57,809 nucleotides of DNA from an uncultured Candidatus Saccharibacteria bacterium. GTDB lineage: Bacteria; Patescibacteriota; Minisyncoccia; Minisyncoccales; CG1-02-41-26. Shown here piece by piece: positions 8,432-22,812 of the stretch (its first letter is position 1; each line of letters opens with the position of its first letter). The notes beneath the pieces were generated by a model that did no database searches, had not been told where the DNA came from, and worked only from the letters and a program-made list of their open reading frames with translations. The stretch lies in NCBI GenBank assembly GCA_964421005.1, contig CAYQUV010000001.1, positions 1 through 57,809 on the forward strand, given 5' to 3'. The position numbers were made by a program, and so were the translations under genes.

Positions 8432-9436
8432 TTATTCTTTTTCTTCTCTGATTTTATCCATTATTGCTTTTTTTATCTCTGTTTCAAATTTAGAATTATC
8501 TCTTAAAAACCTCTTGGCTCCTTCCATTCCCTGACCAATTCTTTTCTCTCCGTATTGATACCAACTGCCGCTTGTTTTAATCAAACCGCACTTCAAACCG
8601 GTATTTATAATATCGGCTGTTTTTGAAATACCTTCATTGTAATAAATATCAAATTCAGCCGTTTTGAAGGGAGCGGCAACTTTATTTTTAACAATTTTTG
8701 CTTTGATTCTCGACCCTATAATTTGGTCTTTTTGTTTTATCTGAGCAATCCTCTTCAATTGAACACGCACTGAAGAATAAAACTTTAAAGCCATTCCTCC
8801 CGGTGTTGTTTCCGGATTTCCAAACATCACGCCGATTTTCATTCTAGTTTGATTTAAGAAAATAATTAAGCTTTTAGTTTTAGAAACAATCCCGGCTAAT
8901 TTTCGAAGTGCCTGGCTCATCAAACGGGCCTGTAGGGCAATGTTCTGGTCGCCTATCTCACCTTCAATTTCCATCCGGGGAGTTAAAGCAGCTACTGAAT
9001 CCACAACAATCACATCAACCGCTCTTGACCTGATTAAAGTTTCAACTATTTGAAGAGCTTGTTCGCCTGAATCGGGCTGGGAAATCAACAAGTCATTAAC
9101 ATCAACCCCGATTCTTCTGGCATAATCAGGGTCCAGAGCATGTTCGGCATCTACGAAAGCGCCTGTCCCTCCCTTTTTTTGGGATTCAGCTAAAATATGT
9201 AAAGCAAGAGAAGTTTTCCCCGTAGCCTCGGGGCCATAAATCTCAATAACTCTTCCTCGAGGCATTCCCCCAACTCCCAGAGCTAAATCCAGAGAAAGAG
9301 AACCTGTTGGAATTACATCAACATCAACCGGCTTTATACCGGTCAACTTCATAATTGCTCCCTCTCCAAATCTCTGTTTTATTTCTTCCAATGCTTCGTC
9401 CAGCCCTTCTTTAGATTTTGTTCTCTTTTTTGTCAT
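8432..9436 (-). CDS. recA: Recombinase RecA
   Basis: Walker [13 protein letters not shown], and [19 protein letters not shown] with L1/L2-type regions. Full length, 334 aa. Confidence 0.97.
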   Translation of the reverse strand: MTKKRTKSKEGLDEALEEIKQRFGEGAIMKLTGIKPVDVDVIPTGSLSLDLALGVGGMPRGRVIEIYGPEATGKTSLALHILAESQKKGGTGAFVDAEHALDPDYARRIGVDVNDLLISQPDSGEQALQIVETLIRSRAVDVIVVDSVAALTPRMEIEGEIGDQNIALQARLMSQALRKLAGIVSKTKSLIIFLNQTRMKIGVMFGNPETTPGGMALKFYSSVRVQLKRIAQIKQKDQIIGSRIKAKIVKNKVAAPFKTAEFDIYYNEGISKTADIINTGLKCGLIKTSGSWYQYGEKRIGQGMEGAKRFLRDNSKFETEIKKAIMDKIREEKE

Positions 9437-9528
9437 ACTTTTTTGTCAAGTAATTTTTTTGTTATTCTCTGTTATTCTAACTTAAAAATAATATTTTGAA
9501 AAGTAAAAGTCAAATATTCAATCAGAAA

Positions 9529-11736
9529 TCAGAAATTATTATTCAGATTTTGATACTCGCCGCTTTCCTCCTCTCCAATATAAACATCTCTCGGTTTTGC
9601 TCCATCGGCTGGCCCCACTACTCCTTTTTCTTCCAACATATCAAGAAGCCGGGCAGCCCTGGCATAACCGATTTTTAATCTTCTTTGTAAAAGAGAGGCA
9701 GAAGCTTTTTTATATTCTAAAACCACTTTTTTCGCTTCTTCGTACAACGGGTCTTCAAAGCCGGACACTTCCCCTCCGCTCTCCGGAGAAGGTTTTTCAA
9801 GTTCCTCTTCTAATTTTTCTTCAATTTCTTCTCTATCGGTAATAATATTCTCTTTGCTGATGAAATCAATAATTTTTTTGATATCTTTCTGGACTACATA
9901 ACAGCCCTGAATTCTCTTCGGTTTACCGAATTCAGAAGACAAATAGAGCATATCTCCTCTTCCCAGAAGAGTTTCTGCTCCGGCTGTATCCAGAATTGTC
10001 CTTGAGTCAACCTGGGAGGCTGTCTGAAAAGCAACCCTTGAGGTAAGATTCGCTTTAATCAGACCGGTAATAACATCTACCGAAGGTCTCTGAGTGGCGA
10101 CAACCAGATGAATTCCAACCGCTCTTGCAAGCTGGCTTAACCTGACAATCCCCGCCTCCACATCTCTGCCCTTGGCTGCCATTAAATCGGCAAGTTCATC
10201 AATCACTAAAAGAATATAAGGCATTATCCCGTATTCGGATTTCAATTTAGAATTTTTACTTATGATGTTATTAAAACTGGAAATATCTCTGGCTTTAACC
10301 TCGCTGAGTATTTCAAATCTTCTTTCCATTTCTCCGACCAGCCAATTCAAAAGGTTGACTGTTTTTGGGGCAGAGAAAATAACCGGAGTCAAAAGATGGG
10401 GGAGTTTATTGTAAATAGGAAATTCTACTCTTTTGGGGTCAACTAAGATTAATCTTAAAATCCGGGGTGAATTTCGATAAATCAAACTCACTATCAAATT
10501 CTGGAGGAATATTGTCTTTCCGGAGCCAGTGCTCCCGGCGACCAAAAGATGGGGCATTCTTTCTAAATCTGCAAAAACTGAATTTCCGGAAACATCTTTT
10601 CCCAGTGGAAAATACAAAGGCGAAGAAGCCTCTTGAAATTTTTGTTGAGAAAGTAAATCCTTTAAAGTAACGGGAGCCCTGGTTTTATTCGGAACTTCAA
10701 TTCCAACCAAGGACCTACCCGGAATTGGGGCTTCTATTCTGATAGGGTGAGAAGCCAAAGCCAAGGCTAAATTATTAGTCAAGCCGGTAATTTTTGTCAG
10801 TTTTACCCCCTCGGCCGGCTTTAATGTATATTGGGTAACAGTGGGACCAACATTAACCTCTCCCATTTCAACTTGAATGCCAAAATTTGCCAAAGTTCTC
10901 TGAATAATCAGAGAGGTGTTCTCAATATCACCGGCAGTAGGAGTCTCTTTCTGGGCAGACAAAAGCCCAATCGGCGGAGTTTTATACTCTCCTTTAAGAG
11001 AAGAAGGGAACCCCTCTTTTTCGGGTTTAACCTTCGGAGAAACTTGTTCTTCTTCTTCTTTCTCTTCTTTCTCAATTTCTCCGACTTTTTTAATTTCAAA
11101 TTCAGGAGGTTTTACTATTTCAACCGGTTTTTTAATCACTTTTTTTGCTTTCTCTTTCTCTTTTTCTTCAAGTTTTTTTTCTAAAACTTTCGGCATTTTC
11201 CCAGAGAAAGGAGTTTTCTTAAGCTCTTTGGGAATAAACTCCCACAGTATTATAAGAGAAATTAATATCAAAGCAGAAAACAAAATGCTTGTCACCAAAT
11301 TCCCAAAGAAACTAACCAATGGCCAGCTTAACATCGAGCCAAGAATACCCCCTGCCTTTTCCTCCGTTATTAGAACTTCAAAAAGTCCGGCTATTCCTAA
11401 AATTAAGAGAAAAATACCGCCGAAAATAGGAGCGTAAACCCTTTTTTTCTGGGGCTTTAAAAATAAAATTCCTCCCAGAACTAAAAGCAGAGGAACGGAA
11501 GAAGTAGCTTTGCCCAAAAGCCGGATAAGAAATTCCAAAATAATTTGCCCTCCCTTACCTGCTTTTCCGAAAAAAGAAACAGAAATTATTAAAGCCAGGA
11601 CAAACATTAAAACACTGGTAATCCAGCGCTTGACCCTGGCAGTTAAAAGGGGATATTTTGTTCTTTTAACTTCGCTCTTGTAAGTTCTTTTTTTCTTTTT
11701 TCCTATTTTTTTTGTCCTTTTCTTCTTTTTAACCAT
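9529..11736 (-). CDS. ftsK: DNA translocase FtsK/SpoIIIE
   Basis: N-terminal TM segments, Lys/Glu linker, motor domain with Walker A GSTGSGKT and Walker B LVIDELADL, and a C-terminal gamma winged helix (LLQRRLKIGYARAARLLDMLEEKGVVGP). Confidence 0.95.
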   Translation of the reverse strand: MVKKKKRTKKIGKKKKRTYKSEVKRTKYPLLTARVKRWITSVLMFVLALIISVSFFGKAGKGGQIILEFLIRLLGKATSSVPLLLVLGGILFLKPQKKRVYAPIFGGIFLLILGIAGLFEVLITEEKAGGILGSMLSWPLVSFFGNLVTSILFSALILISLIILWEFIPKELKKTPFSGKMPKVLEKKLEEKEKEKAKKVIKKPVEIVKPPEFEIKKVGEIEKEEKEEEEQVSPKVKPEKEGFPSSLKGEYKTPPIGLLSAQKETPTAGDIENTSLIIQRTLANFGIQVEMGEVNVGPTVTQYTLKPAEGVKLTKITGLTNNLALALASHPIRIEAPIPGRSLVGIEVPNKTRAPVTLKDLLSQQKFQEASSPLYFPLGKDVSGNSVFADLERMPHLLVAGSTGSGKTIFLQNLIVSLIYRNSPRILRLILVDPKRVEFPIYNKLPHLLTPVIFSAPKTVNLLNWLVGEMERRFEILSEVKARDISSFNNIISKNSKLKSEYGIMPYILLVIDELADLMAAKGRDVEAGIVRLSQLARAVGIHLVVATQRPSVDVITGLIKANLTSRVAFQTASQVDSRTILDTAGAETLLGRGDMLYLSSEFGKPKRIQGCYVVQKDIKKIIDFISKENIITDREEIEEKLEEELEKPSPESGGEVSGFEDPLYEEAKKVVLEYKKASASLLQRRLKIGYARAARLLDMLEEKGVVGPADGAKPRDVYIGEEESGEYQNLNNNF

Positions 11737-11804
11737 TAAGAATAGCCGCGCTCACCTTTTTGGCTCTGCGCTTTTATTTCTATTGAAAAAAACAGTTCAA
11801 ATTT

Positions 11805-14800
11805 TTATTTCCGGAAACCGGTTCCTGCCGGTATCATTCTACCTATTATAACATTTTCTTTAAGACCTTGAAGTCTATCTTCCTTTCCTTGAAGAGCAGC
11901 TTTTATTAAAACCCTAGAGGTTTCCTGGAAAGAAGCAGCAGATAAGAAACTGTCAGAAGTCAAAGAAACCCTTGAAATACCGAGTAAAACAGGTTGAGAA
12001 GTGGCTTTTTTCTTCTTTTCTTTTTGGAGAGCAATTTGAACTTCTTCAAATTCTGCCCGGGAAACAATCTGACCCGGAACCCAAGGGCTATCTCCCGGAT
12101 CAACAATTTTTACCCGAGAAAACATTTGTCTAATTATCACTTCCAGATGTTTATCATGAATGTTAATTCCCTCTCCAACATAAACTCTCTGAACTTCTTT
12201 GATAATATAACGCTGAGTTTTAGAAATGCCCGAGAATTTAAAAAGTTTTTTCAAATCCAAGGGGCCTGAAGAGAGAGCCTGACCAGGAGCAACTTTATCT
12301 CCTTTTTTTACATAAATTTCTGATTTTGGCGGAACTGTATATCTGATTTCCTGTGCTTTTTTTGATTTACCAGATTTTTTCTGAGAAGAAGAAATAATAA
12401 TCTCTCCTTTTTCCAAGTCAATTTTTTTAACAATCCCTTCGGTTAAACTTATCGCTCCTTCCTCTTTCAGCCCTCTCAATTCAAATATTTCTTCAACCCG
12501 GGGCAAACCTCTAGTTATATCTCCGCCTCCGGCTACACCTCCCAGATGAAAAGTTCTCATTGTCAACTGAGTACCCGGTTCTCCGATTGATTGAGAAGCA
12601 ATAATTCCAACCGCATCTCCAAGTTCTGCCATCTTATTCCTGCCCATCTCCCAACCATAACACTTTTTACAAACCCCTCTTAATGTTCTACAACTTAAAG
12701 GAGAACGAACTCTTACTTTTTTAATATTCCCTTCCTCAATTTTCCGGGCTGCCTCCCAATCTATCACCTCATCTTTTTTTACTATTGTTGCCTTTGAGTC
12801 GGGATCTCGAACATTCTCCAGAGCCACCCTGCCAACAATCTTGAAAATAAAATCTTGGTTAATATCATCGGCATCCTCTCTGAAAATCTCTCTTCCTTCT
12901 TTATCTCCGCAGTCATCTTCAGTAACAATTACTTCATGGGAAACATCAGCCAATCTTCTGGTCAAATAACCGGAGGCTGATGTTCTCAAAGCGGTATCAA
13001 CCGTTCCTTTTCTTGCTCCATGACAGGAAAGGAAAAACTCCAAAACATCAAACCCTTCCTTGAAAGAATTTTTAACCGGTAATTCAATTATTTTGCCGGT
13101 AGGAGAAGTAACAAGCCCTTTCATTCCACATATCTGAACCGATTGACCCCAAGAACCCCTGGCGCCGGAATCCACAATTAAAGAAATAGGGCCATCCTTG
13201 GGAAGAGTTTCAACAACAAGTTTTTCAATTCTTTCTTTGGCTTCCTGCCAGCTTTCAATTATTTTGGAACTTCTTTCTTCCCGAGATAAAAGCCCTTTTT
13301 TAAACTGGCTATCTATCATATCTATTTCTTTTTCTTTCTCTTCCATAATTTTTTCTTTCTCTTTGGGAACTATAAAATCGTCCATACCTAAAGTTATTCC
13401 CGATAGAGTTGCGTATTCAAACCCTAAATCTTTAATTTTATCCAACGTTTCCTCAACTGTTTCCCCTGAATACTTTCCAATCATTTCACTTATTATTTTT
13501 GAAAGTTTTTTTGAATCTATTCTTTCGTTTATGAAAGGGAAATCTTCCGGCAAAGCGTTATTAAAGATAATTCTGCCGCAGGTTGTCTCTATTATTTGAG
13601 AAGAGTTATTTTCAGTAAGAGGAACTTTAATCCGCGCTCGAATATTAATCTTGCCCAATTGTTCTGCCATAATAACTTCTTCAAAATTTGAAAATGCTTT
13701 TCCCTGGCCCTGAGCCTTATCTTCTTCTCCGGTTAACCAATAACAGCCGAGGATAATATCAAGAGTAGGAGTAACAATCGGCAAACCAGTAGCCGGTTTA
13801 AGATAATTCCTATCAGCCCTCATTAATTCCTGAGCTTCCTTCTGAGCTTCGGCTGAGAGAGGAATATAAACTGCCATCTGGTCTCCATCAAAATCAGCAT
13901 TATATCCCTTACAAACTAGAGGATGAATTTTTATCGCCTCTCCTTCTATCAAAACCGGTTCAAACGCTTGAATCCCTAAACGATGAAGCGTAGGCGCACG
14001 ATTCAAAAGAACCAATTTATCCTTAACCACTTCTTCAAGGGCTGTAAAAACTTCGGGTATTTTATCATCAATAAGCCGCGAGGCTCCTCTTATATTAAAA
14101 GCCAATTCTTTGTCCAGGAGTTTTTTGATTATAAACGGCCGGAAGAGTTCAAGAGCCATAATCTTGGGAATACCGCATTGATGAAGCCGGAGTTCCGGGC
14201 CAGAAGCAATAACCGACCTTCCAGAATAATCAACCCTTTTACCTAAAAGATTTCTCCTAAACCTGCCCTGTTTTCCTGATAAAATATCGGCTAAAGATTT
14301 AAGTGACCTCTTTCCGCCGGTGGTGGCAACGGTTACCTGAGTTTTTCTCATTCCATTATCTAAAAGGCTGTCAACTGCTTCCTGTAACATTCTTTTCTCG
14401 TTACGGACAATTGCTTCAGGGGCTGAAATTTCCAATAAATATTTCAACCTATTGTTTCGGTTGATTACTCTTCGATAAAGATCATTTAAATCAGAAGAGG
14501 CATATCTTCCTCCATCCAACTGAACCATCGGTCTTAAATCGGGCGGCAAAACAGGCAAAACCTTTAAAAACATCCACTCCGGCCGAATACCAGCCCTTTC
14601 CATACCCTGAAGAAATCTCAACCTTCTCAAAATCTTTCTTTTTTCCGAAGTAGGAGTTTTTGCCAGAGTTTCTTCTAATTTTTTAATTTCTTTCTTTAAA
14701 TCAATTTTTTCAAAAATTCTAACCAAGGTTTCTGCCCCAGTTCCGGCTACAAAAATTTCTCCGTATTTCAAAGAAAGTTCTTGAAATTCAATTTCTGACA

Positions 14801-15392
14801 AAACACGCAAAGGGCGAATATCTGAAATCTCTTGCTTTCTGATAGAAAACCTCTGACGAAGTTCTTCTTTTTCTTTCTTTTTTTCTTTCGGAGATAATTT
14901 TGACTTAGAAATTTCTTTAAATTTTCTCTCAAATTCTATTTCAAGCTCTTTCAATAACTTTTTCTGAGCATCACTGTCAACTTTCTCTATAATATAGTTA
15001 ACAAAATAAATTACTCTTTCCAATTTCTGAAGAGGAACATCTAAAAGAAGTCCCATTCTTGAGGGGATTCCTCTTAAAAACCAGATATGAGAGACAGGAG
15101 TAGCAAGAACTATATGGCCCATTCTTTCTCTTCTAACCTGGCTTTTTGTCACTTCCACTCCACATCTGTCGCAAACTACTCCCTTGTATCTAATCCCTTT
15201 ATATTTACCGCAGTAACATTCATAATCCCGAGAGGGACCAAAAATCTTTTCGCAAAAAAGACCATCTTTTTCCGGTCTTTGGGTCCGATAATTTATTGTC
15301 TCCGGTTTTTTAACTTCTCCATAAGACCAGCTTAGAATTTTCTCGGGAGAAGCAACTTTTATTCTTATTGATTGAAGGTCAGATACTTTCAT
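11805..15392 (-). CDS. rpoC: DNA-directed RNA polymerase subunit beta prime
   Basis: Zn finger CYCGKY..C..CGV, catalytic [11 protein letters not shown], 1195 aa. Confidence 0.98.
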   Translation of the reverse strand: MKVSDLQSIRIKVASPEKILSWSYGEVKKPETINYRTQRPEKDGLFCEKIFGPSRDYECYCGKYKGIRYKGVVCDRCGVEVTKSQVRRERMGHIVLATPVSHIWFLRGIPSRMGLLLDVPLQKLERVIYFVNYIIEKVDSDAQKKLLKELEIEFERKFKEISKSKLSPKEKKKEKEELRQRFSIRKQEISDIRPLRVLSEIEFQELSLKYGEIFVAGTGAETLVRIFEKIDLKKEIKKLEETLAKTPTSEKRKILRRLRFLQGMERAGIRPEWMFLKVLPVLPPDLRPMVQLDGGRYASSDLNDLYRRVINRNNRLKYLLEISAPEAIVRNEKRMLQEAVDSLLDNGMRKTQVTVATTGGKRSLKSLADILSGKQGRFRRNLLGKRVDYSGRSVIASGPELRLHQCGIPKIMALELFRPFIIKKLLDKELAFNIRGASRLIDDKIPEVFTALEEVVKDKLVLLNRAPTLHRLGIQAFEPVLIEGEAIKIHPLVCKGYNADFDGDQMAVYIPLSAEAQKEAQELMRADRNYLKPATGLPIVTPTLDIILGCYWLTGEEDKAQGQGKAFSNFEEVIMAEQLGKINIRARIKVPLTENNSSQIIETTCGRIIFNNALPEDFPFINERIDSKKLSKIISEMIGKYSGETVEETLDKIKDLGFEYATLSGITLGMDDFIVPKEKEKIMEEKEKEIDMIDSQFKKGLLSREERSSKIIESWQEAKERIEKLVVETLPKDGPISLIVDSGARGSWGQSVQICGMKGLVTSPTGKIIELPVKNSFKEGFDVLEFFLSCHGARKGTVDTALRTSASGYLTRRLADVSHEVIVTEDDCGDKEGREIFREDADDINQDFIFKIVGRVALENVRDPDSKATIVKKDEVIDWEAARKIEEGNIKKVRVRSPLSCRTLRGVCKKCYGWEMGRNKMAELGDAVGIIASQSIGEPGTQLTMRTFHLGGVAGGGDITRGLPRVEEIFELRGLKEEGAISLTEGIVKKIDLEKGEIIISSSQKKSGKSKKAQEIRYTVPPKSEIYVKKGDKVAPGQALSSGPLDLKKLFKFSGISKTQRYIIKEVQRVYVGEGINIHDKHLEVIIRQMFSRVKIVDPGDSPWVPGQIVSRAEFEEVQIALQKEKKKKATSQPVLLGISRVSLTSDSFLSAASFQETSRVLIKAALQGKEDRLQGLKENVIIGRMIPAGTGFRK

Positions 15393-15479
15393 AAATATTA
15401 AATATTAAAACTTTAATATATTAAAAATTAAATTTTCATGTTCGATCAAAAACTTACCAAAAGCAAAGATAAAAGATTC

Positions 15480-18400
15480 TTACTTTTCTTTAGTTTCTTC
15501 CTTTTCTTCTCTAATAACTTTATTCACCTCAACATCCAATCCTAAAGATTTCAATTCACTGAGCAATAAATTAAAAGAGGCAGGAATATTCGGTTTTTTA
15601 ATTTCTTCGCCTTTTAAAATTGCCTCATAAGTTGCCGTCCTTCCGGGAACATCATCGGATTTGATGGTTAACATCTCTTGTAAAGAATGGGATGCTCCAT
15701 ATCCTTCCAAAGCCCAAACTTCCATTTCTCCAAATCTCTGACCGCCAAACTGAGCTTTTCCTCCCAAGGGCTGCTGGGTAATCAGAGAGTAAGGACCTAT
15801 ACTTCTCATATGAATTTTGTCTTCAACCATATGAATCAGTTTCATAATATACATATAACCTACCATCACCTGACGAGGAAAAGGTTCTCCCGTTTTTCCA
15901 TCATATAAAGTTACCTTGCCCGATTTCGGCAAACCGGCAAGAAGAAGCTCTTCTTTAATATCGTCTTCGGTTGCTCCAAATAAAGCAGGGGTAACAGCGT
16001 GATAACCTAATTTTTTAGCCGCCCAGCCAAGATGAGTTTCTAAAATCTGACCGATATTCATTCTTGAAATAACTCCCAGAGGATTTAAGATAACATCAAC
16101 CGGAGTACCATCTTCAAGAAATGGCATCTCAGCCTCCGGTAAGATTTTAGCAATCACACCTTTATTGCCATGACGTCCGGCTAACTTATCACCTACTTTT
16201 ATTTTCCTGATTTCCGCCACTTCCACATTGACTCTTTTGATTATTCCGGGTTCCAATTTATCGCCTTTTTCTCTGGAAAATATTTTAACCTTGACCACTC
16301 TTCCTCTTTTTCCGTGTTCCAATCTCAAGGAACTGTCTTTTACTTCTTTTGCTTTTTCACCGAAAATAGCTTTCAATAACCTTTCTTCGGCAGTTAAAGA
16401 TTTTTCCCCTCCCGGAGAAATCTTGCCCACCAATATATCGCCCGGCCCAACTTCTGCTCCGATCCTAACAATTCCTTCTTCGTCCAAATCCTTCAACTTT
16501 TCTTCAGAAACATTCGGGATATCACAGGTAGTAATCTCGGGTCCGAGCTTTGTCTCCCGAACATCGCAGGTAAAATCCTCAATATGGACGCTGGTGAAAG
16601 TATCTTTTTTAACAAGTCTCTCGGAAAGAACAATTGCATCTTCAAAATTGCCTCCTCGGAAGGAAAGAAAAGCAACCAAAACATTTTTTCCCAGAGACAG
16701 TTTTCCTTCGGAAATTGCTGTTCCGTCAGCCAAAATATCTCCTTTCTTTACTTTTTGGCCTTTTCTAACCGTCGGCCTTTGATGATAAGCAGTATACTGG
16801 TTCCCTCGGCTAAATTTTTTAAGTTTATAAACAATGGGTTTTGAATCATTGGGTTTGAATTTGATATGAGAAGCATCAACCTCTTGAATAACTCCTTGGG
16901 ATTCGGCAATTATTTGTTCACCACAATCTCTGGCTACTGCTTCTTCCATTCCCGTTTGAACCAACGGGGGCTCGGGCAAAATCAGAGGAGAGGCTTGGCG
17001 TTGCATGTTAGACCCCATTAAAGCCCGGTTGGCATCATCGTTCTGGAGAAAGGGTATTAGAGAAGTAGCTACGCTAATCAGTTGATTCGGAGAAACATCC
17101 ATAAAATCAACTTTCTCTCTCTCTACAGTTTGCGGTTCTCCTCCTTTTCTGACTTTAACCTCTCTGGGAACAATTCTGTTGTTTTTATCGAGTTCAACTC
17201 CAGCATGAGTAATGTTGTATTTCTCTTCTTCGATCGCCGTAAGATAAACAACTTCATCTGTTACTTTCCCGTTTTTAACTTTGAAATAAGGGGTCTCTAA
17301 AAAACCAAAGGGGTTAATTTTGGCATAAGAAGAAAGATGAGAAATTAGTCCCACATTTTGACCTTCCGGTGTTTGAATAGGACATATTCTCCCATAATGA
17401 GAAGGTTGGACATCTCTTACTTCAAATCCGGCTCTTTCTTTTGTTAAACCGCCAGGACCAGTTGCCGTTAATCTTCTCTTGTGCTCAACCCCTGAGAGGG
17501 GATTTTCCCCGTCCATAAATTGGGAAAGCTGGGAGGAGGCAAAAAATTCCTGGACTACTGCCATTACCGGCCTCGGATTTATAAGCTGGGAAGGAGTTAA
17601 AGTGGCAGAATCAAGGGTGGACATTCTGTCCTGAATAACTCTTTTTAATCTCATTAAACCTACCCTGATTCTTGACTCTAAAAGTTCAGAAACATTCTTT
17701 ACTCTCCGGTTTCCCAGATGGTCAATATGATCCGGTTGCGCTCCCGGAGTGTTGTTTAATCTGATTATTTCTTTGATAGTAAATAAAACATCTTCCGGCT
17801 TCAAAACTCTATCTTCAAACGGAATTTCTTCTTCTTTTCTGCTCGGTTTTTTCAACTTCTCTTTGAGTTCAGGCAATCTCTGGAGCGTTTTCCATCTCCC
17901 CACTTTACTAAAATCGTATCTCTGGAAATTAAAAAACATATTCCAAATCAAATCTTTGGCAGCATCAGGACTGGCTAAATCTCCGGGTCTAAGCTTTCTG
18001 TAAATCTCGACTAATGCCTCTTCCTGGTTTGAAGCCATGTCCCGAGAAAGAGTTTTTTTGAGATACTTAATTTCGCCCGTATCTATCTCTGAAAGCGCCT
18101 TTTTTATCTTCTCGGTTGAGTCGTAGCCAAAAGCTCGCAACAGGGTTGTCGCGGCAACTTTCCTCTGGCGGTTAATCTTTACCCCTATGAAACCAGAAGG
18201 ATCTGTTTCAAACTCAAGCCAGGCGCCCCGAGATGGGATAATTTTCGCGCCAAAAAGATTTCTGCCCTGGAACACCCGGGAAGTAAAAAAAACACCGGGG
18301 GAACGGGTCAGTTGGAAAACCACCACTCTCTCTACCCCGTTGATTACAAATGTTCCATTTTCTGTCATCAAGGGAATGTCCGTTAAAAAAACTTCTTGTT

Positions 18401-18695
18401 CTTTTATCTCTCCTGTCTTCAGATTGCGAAGTTTCGCCTTAACTTTCAGGGGAGCTTCAAAAGTATCATTATTTTCTTTGGCATCGTCCCCTGATTTATA
18501 TTTTGGTTTGCCCAATATATAGTTTACAAAATCAATTTCAAACTGCCCTCCGGTATAATCCTGAATAGGAAAAATCTCTCTAAAAACTTCCATTAATCCT
18601 TCCTGCCAGAACTGTTTCCAGCTTTCTTGTTGATAAATCAACAGAGGAGGAAGAAGAAGAACCTTTTTTGTTTTTGAGAAATCTTTAATTCTCAT
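15480..18695 (-). CDS. rpoB: DNA-directed RNA polymerase subunit beta
   Basis: Conserved GGQRFGEMEVWALEGYGA and GRHGNKGV, 1071 aa, directly upstream of rpoC. Confidence 0.98.
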   Translation of the reverse strand: MRIKDFSKTKKVLLLPPLLIYQQESWKQFWQEGLMEVFREIFPIQDYTGGQFEIDFVNYILGKPKYKSGDDAKENNDTFEAPLKVKAKLRNLKTGEIKEQEVFLTDIPLMTENGTFVINGVERVVVFQLTRSPGVFFTSRVFQGRNLFGAKIIPSRGAWLEFETDPSGFIGVKINRQRKVAATTLLRAFGYDSTEKIKKALSEIDTGEIKYLKKTLSRDMASNQEEALVEIYRKLRPGDLASPDAAKDLIWNMFFNFQRYDFSKVGRWKTLQRLPELKEKLKKPSRKEEEIPFEDRVLKPEDVLFTIKEIIRLNNTPGAQPDHIDHLGNRRVKNVSELLESRIRVGLMRLKRVIQDRMSTLDSATLTPSQLINPRPVMAVVQEFFASSQLSQFMDGENPLSGVEHKRRLTATGPGGLTKERAGFEVRDVQPSHYGRICPIQTPEGQNVGLISHLSSYAKINPFGFLETPYFKVKNGKVTDEVVYLTAIEEEKYNITHAGVELDKNNRIVPREVKVRKGGEPQTVEREKVDFMDVSPNQLISVATSLIPFLQNDDANRALMGSNMQRQASPLILPEPPLVQTGMEEAVARDCGEQIIAESQGVIQEVDASHIKFKPNDSKPIVYKLKKFSRGNQYTAYHQRPTVRKGQKVKKGDILADGTAISEGKLSLGKNVLVAFLSFRGGNFEDAIVLSERLVKKDTFTSVHIEDFTCDVRETKLGPEITTCDIPNVSEEKLKDLDEEGIVRIGAEVGPGDILVGKISPGGEKSLTAEERLLKAIFGEKAKEVKDSSLRLEHGKRGRVVKVKIFSREKGDKLEPGIIKRVNVEVAEIRKIKVGDKLAGRHGNKGVIAKILPEAEMPFLEDGTPVDVILNPLGVISRMNIGQILETHLGWAAKKLGYHAVTPALFGATEDDIKEELLLAGLPKSGKVTLYDGKTGEPFPRQVMVGYMYIMKLIHMVEDKIHMRSIGPYSLITQQPLGGKAQFGGQRFGEMEVWALEGYGASHSLQEMLTIKSDDVPGRTATYEAILKGEEIKKPNIPASFNLLLSELKSLGLDVEVNKVIREEKEETKEK

Positions 18696-18955
18696 AATTA
18701 ATTAAAAACCAAAAACACAAAAACAAATAAATATAATTAAAAACTCCGCCAGATACCAAAACATCCCTCCAAAGAAGGAAGCTTAACAGATTTTATTTTA
18801 TTTTCCAGAAAGAGAAAAAAGTTTAAAAAACAATGTTTTTTAAAAATTTAATGGATTTCACAAGATTCTTTTTGGTATATTTAGAATTTTATTCTCTTTT
18901 CAAAAATTTGTCAAGTGTTTTGTACCTCATTGTATCCAATCCTATTTAATTATCA

Positions 18956-20050
18956 CTAATTTTCTGGCTTGGCTAAACTCACCAAAATTCCAAGCCCTAA
19001 ATAAAAAGCCAAGAGTTGAGAACCTCCGTAACTAACAAAAGGCAGAGGAATACCGATTATCGGGAAAAGTCCCAGGCACATGCCGATATTAATAAAACTC
19101 TGGGACAGCAATAAAAAGCCAAACCCCGAAGCAAATAATCTGTTAAAATTATATTCAGAAAAAAGAGCAATTTTCATTATCTTCCAGAAAAGAAATCCGA
19201 GAGAAAGCATCAAAACAAGAACTCCAAAAAATCCTGTTTCTTCAGCTATTGAAGAGAAGATAAAGTCGGTCTGGGGTTCAGGCAAAAAACCATACTGAGA
19301 TTGAGAACCTTTACCAATCCCTTTACCAAAAAGACCGCCTGATCCTATGGCAATTTTTGATTGGTTAATATTCCAAGAAATTCCTCGAGGATCAACTTCC
19401 GGATTCAAAAAACTCATAATTCTTTCTTTTTGATAATCTTTCAACCAAAACTGCCAACCAAAAACAACCAGCAGTAAAAAAACAAGGCATAAAATTAAAA
19501 AATGGCGAAGTTCTATTCCGGAAAAAATAACAATGCCCAGCCAGACGAAAATCAGAACAAGAGAGGAACCAAGGTCAGGCTGAGCCAGAACCAAAATCAA
19601 AGGGAATAAAAGATAAAAAAAAGAAAAGAAAATCGGCCTAAATCTCTTAGTCTCAACATGACGGGTTGCAAAATATTTACTCAAAAGAATAATCAAAAAA
19701 ATGGCCGAAAAGGGAACAGGGTCAAAAGAAAAAGGTCCTATTTTATACCATCCTTTAACTCCTCTTATTTCGGTCCCTAAAAAAATTAAACCGAAAAGAG
19801 ATAAAAGAGAAACAAAATATAAAATTAGAACAAAATAAGAATTCTTCTTTAAAAATCTGAAATCAAGAAAATTTAAAACAACCAATAAAGAAACAGATAA
19901 AATAAAAAAAATCAATTGTTTTTTAAAATTAAAAAAATCTCCTCTCTCCAGGGAAATGCTATAAATGCTCAGCAATCCCAAAAAAGTTAACAGAAAGGCA
20001 GGCAAAATTAAAGACCAGTTAAATTTTTTTAAAAAATTTAGGATTCTCAT
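18956..20050 (-). CDS. SEDS-family peptidoglycan glycosyltransferase (FtsW/RodA/SpoVE)
   Basis: About 10 TM helices. Motifs QPDLGSSLV, IAIGSGGLFGKG, PEPQTDFIFS..EE.G and PLPFVSYGGS. Confidence 0.9.
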   Translation of the reverse strand: MRILNFLKKFNWSLILPAFLLTFLGLLSIYSISLERGDFFNFKKQLIFFILSVSLLVVLNFLDFRFLKKNSYFVLILYFVSLLSLFGLIFLGTEIRGVKGWYKIGPFSFDPVPFSAIFLIILLSKYFATRHVETKRFRPIFFSFFYLLFPLILVLAQPDLGSSLVLIFVWLGIVIFSGIELRHFLILCLVFLLLVVFGWQFWLKDYQKERIMSFLNPEVDPRGISWNINQSKIAIGSGGLFGKGIGKGSQSQYGFLPEPQTDFIFSSIAEETGFFGVLVLMLSLGFLFWKIMKIALFSEYNFNRLFASGFGFLLLSQSFINIGMCLGLFPIIGIPLPFVSYGGSQLLAFYLGLGILVSLAKPEN

Positions 20051-20096
20051 AATTGGGTTAGCATCAAGTTATCATTTGCTTATTATTAACTTATCG

Positions 20097-22410
<2,314 letters not shown>

Positions 22411-22448
22411 GTCATTTTAGAAATCGGTTATATTAAAGATTTAACAAT

Positions 22449-22793
22449 TCAGAAAGTCGACTCAATTGCTCTGTTTGTTTTTTTATAACTGCCAATGGAT
22501 TTGAGACAATAATAATTATCAGGAGCACAGCCGGATTCTCCACCCGGCGTCACAGTGACAGTATAAGAATTACCGTTAAGATTCCCCGAAAATCCGCTGT
22601 AATTGCCCTCTTTTCTGATTCTATACAAACAATGTTCAATACCCGTATCGGCTACAAAAAAAGCAGTTATTGAATCTCCGAGTGTCCAGATTATTCTTAT
22701 CTGACTCATTGAAATAGTAACCAGAGCCAGAAGAGTAGTAGTTAAAACGGAAAGAATAACGATAGCCAAATAAAGAGAAACACCTTTTTTCAT
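22449..22793 (-). CDS. PilX-like minor pilus protein (hydrophobic N-terminus, no prepilin cleavage motif)
   Basis: KKGVSLYLAIVILSVLTTTLLALV resembles the PilX N-terminal domain. It is the last gene of the pilin operon. Confidence 0.5.
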   Translation of the reverse strand: MKKGVSLYLAIVILSVLTTTLLALVTISMSQIRIIWTLGDSITAFFVADTGIEHCLYRIRKEGNYSGFSGNLNGNSYTVTVTPGGESGCAPDNYYCLKSIGSYKKTNRAIESTF

Positions 22794-22812
22794 AGAGAAT
22801 TAATATTAAGAA

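Noticed and set aside
11994-18522. Many 60-184-aa ORFs antisense to or out of frame with rpoC and rpoB (for example 13198-13599, 16228-16782, 18187-18522). Similar shadow ORFs lie inside ftsK, ligA, infB, the kinase, the serpin and others.
   Set aside because: They are low-complexity Ser/Phe/Leu/Lys-rich translations of the opposite strand of strongly supported conserved genes. None has a motif, and an AT-rich genome produces long shadow frames.
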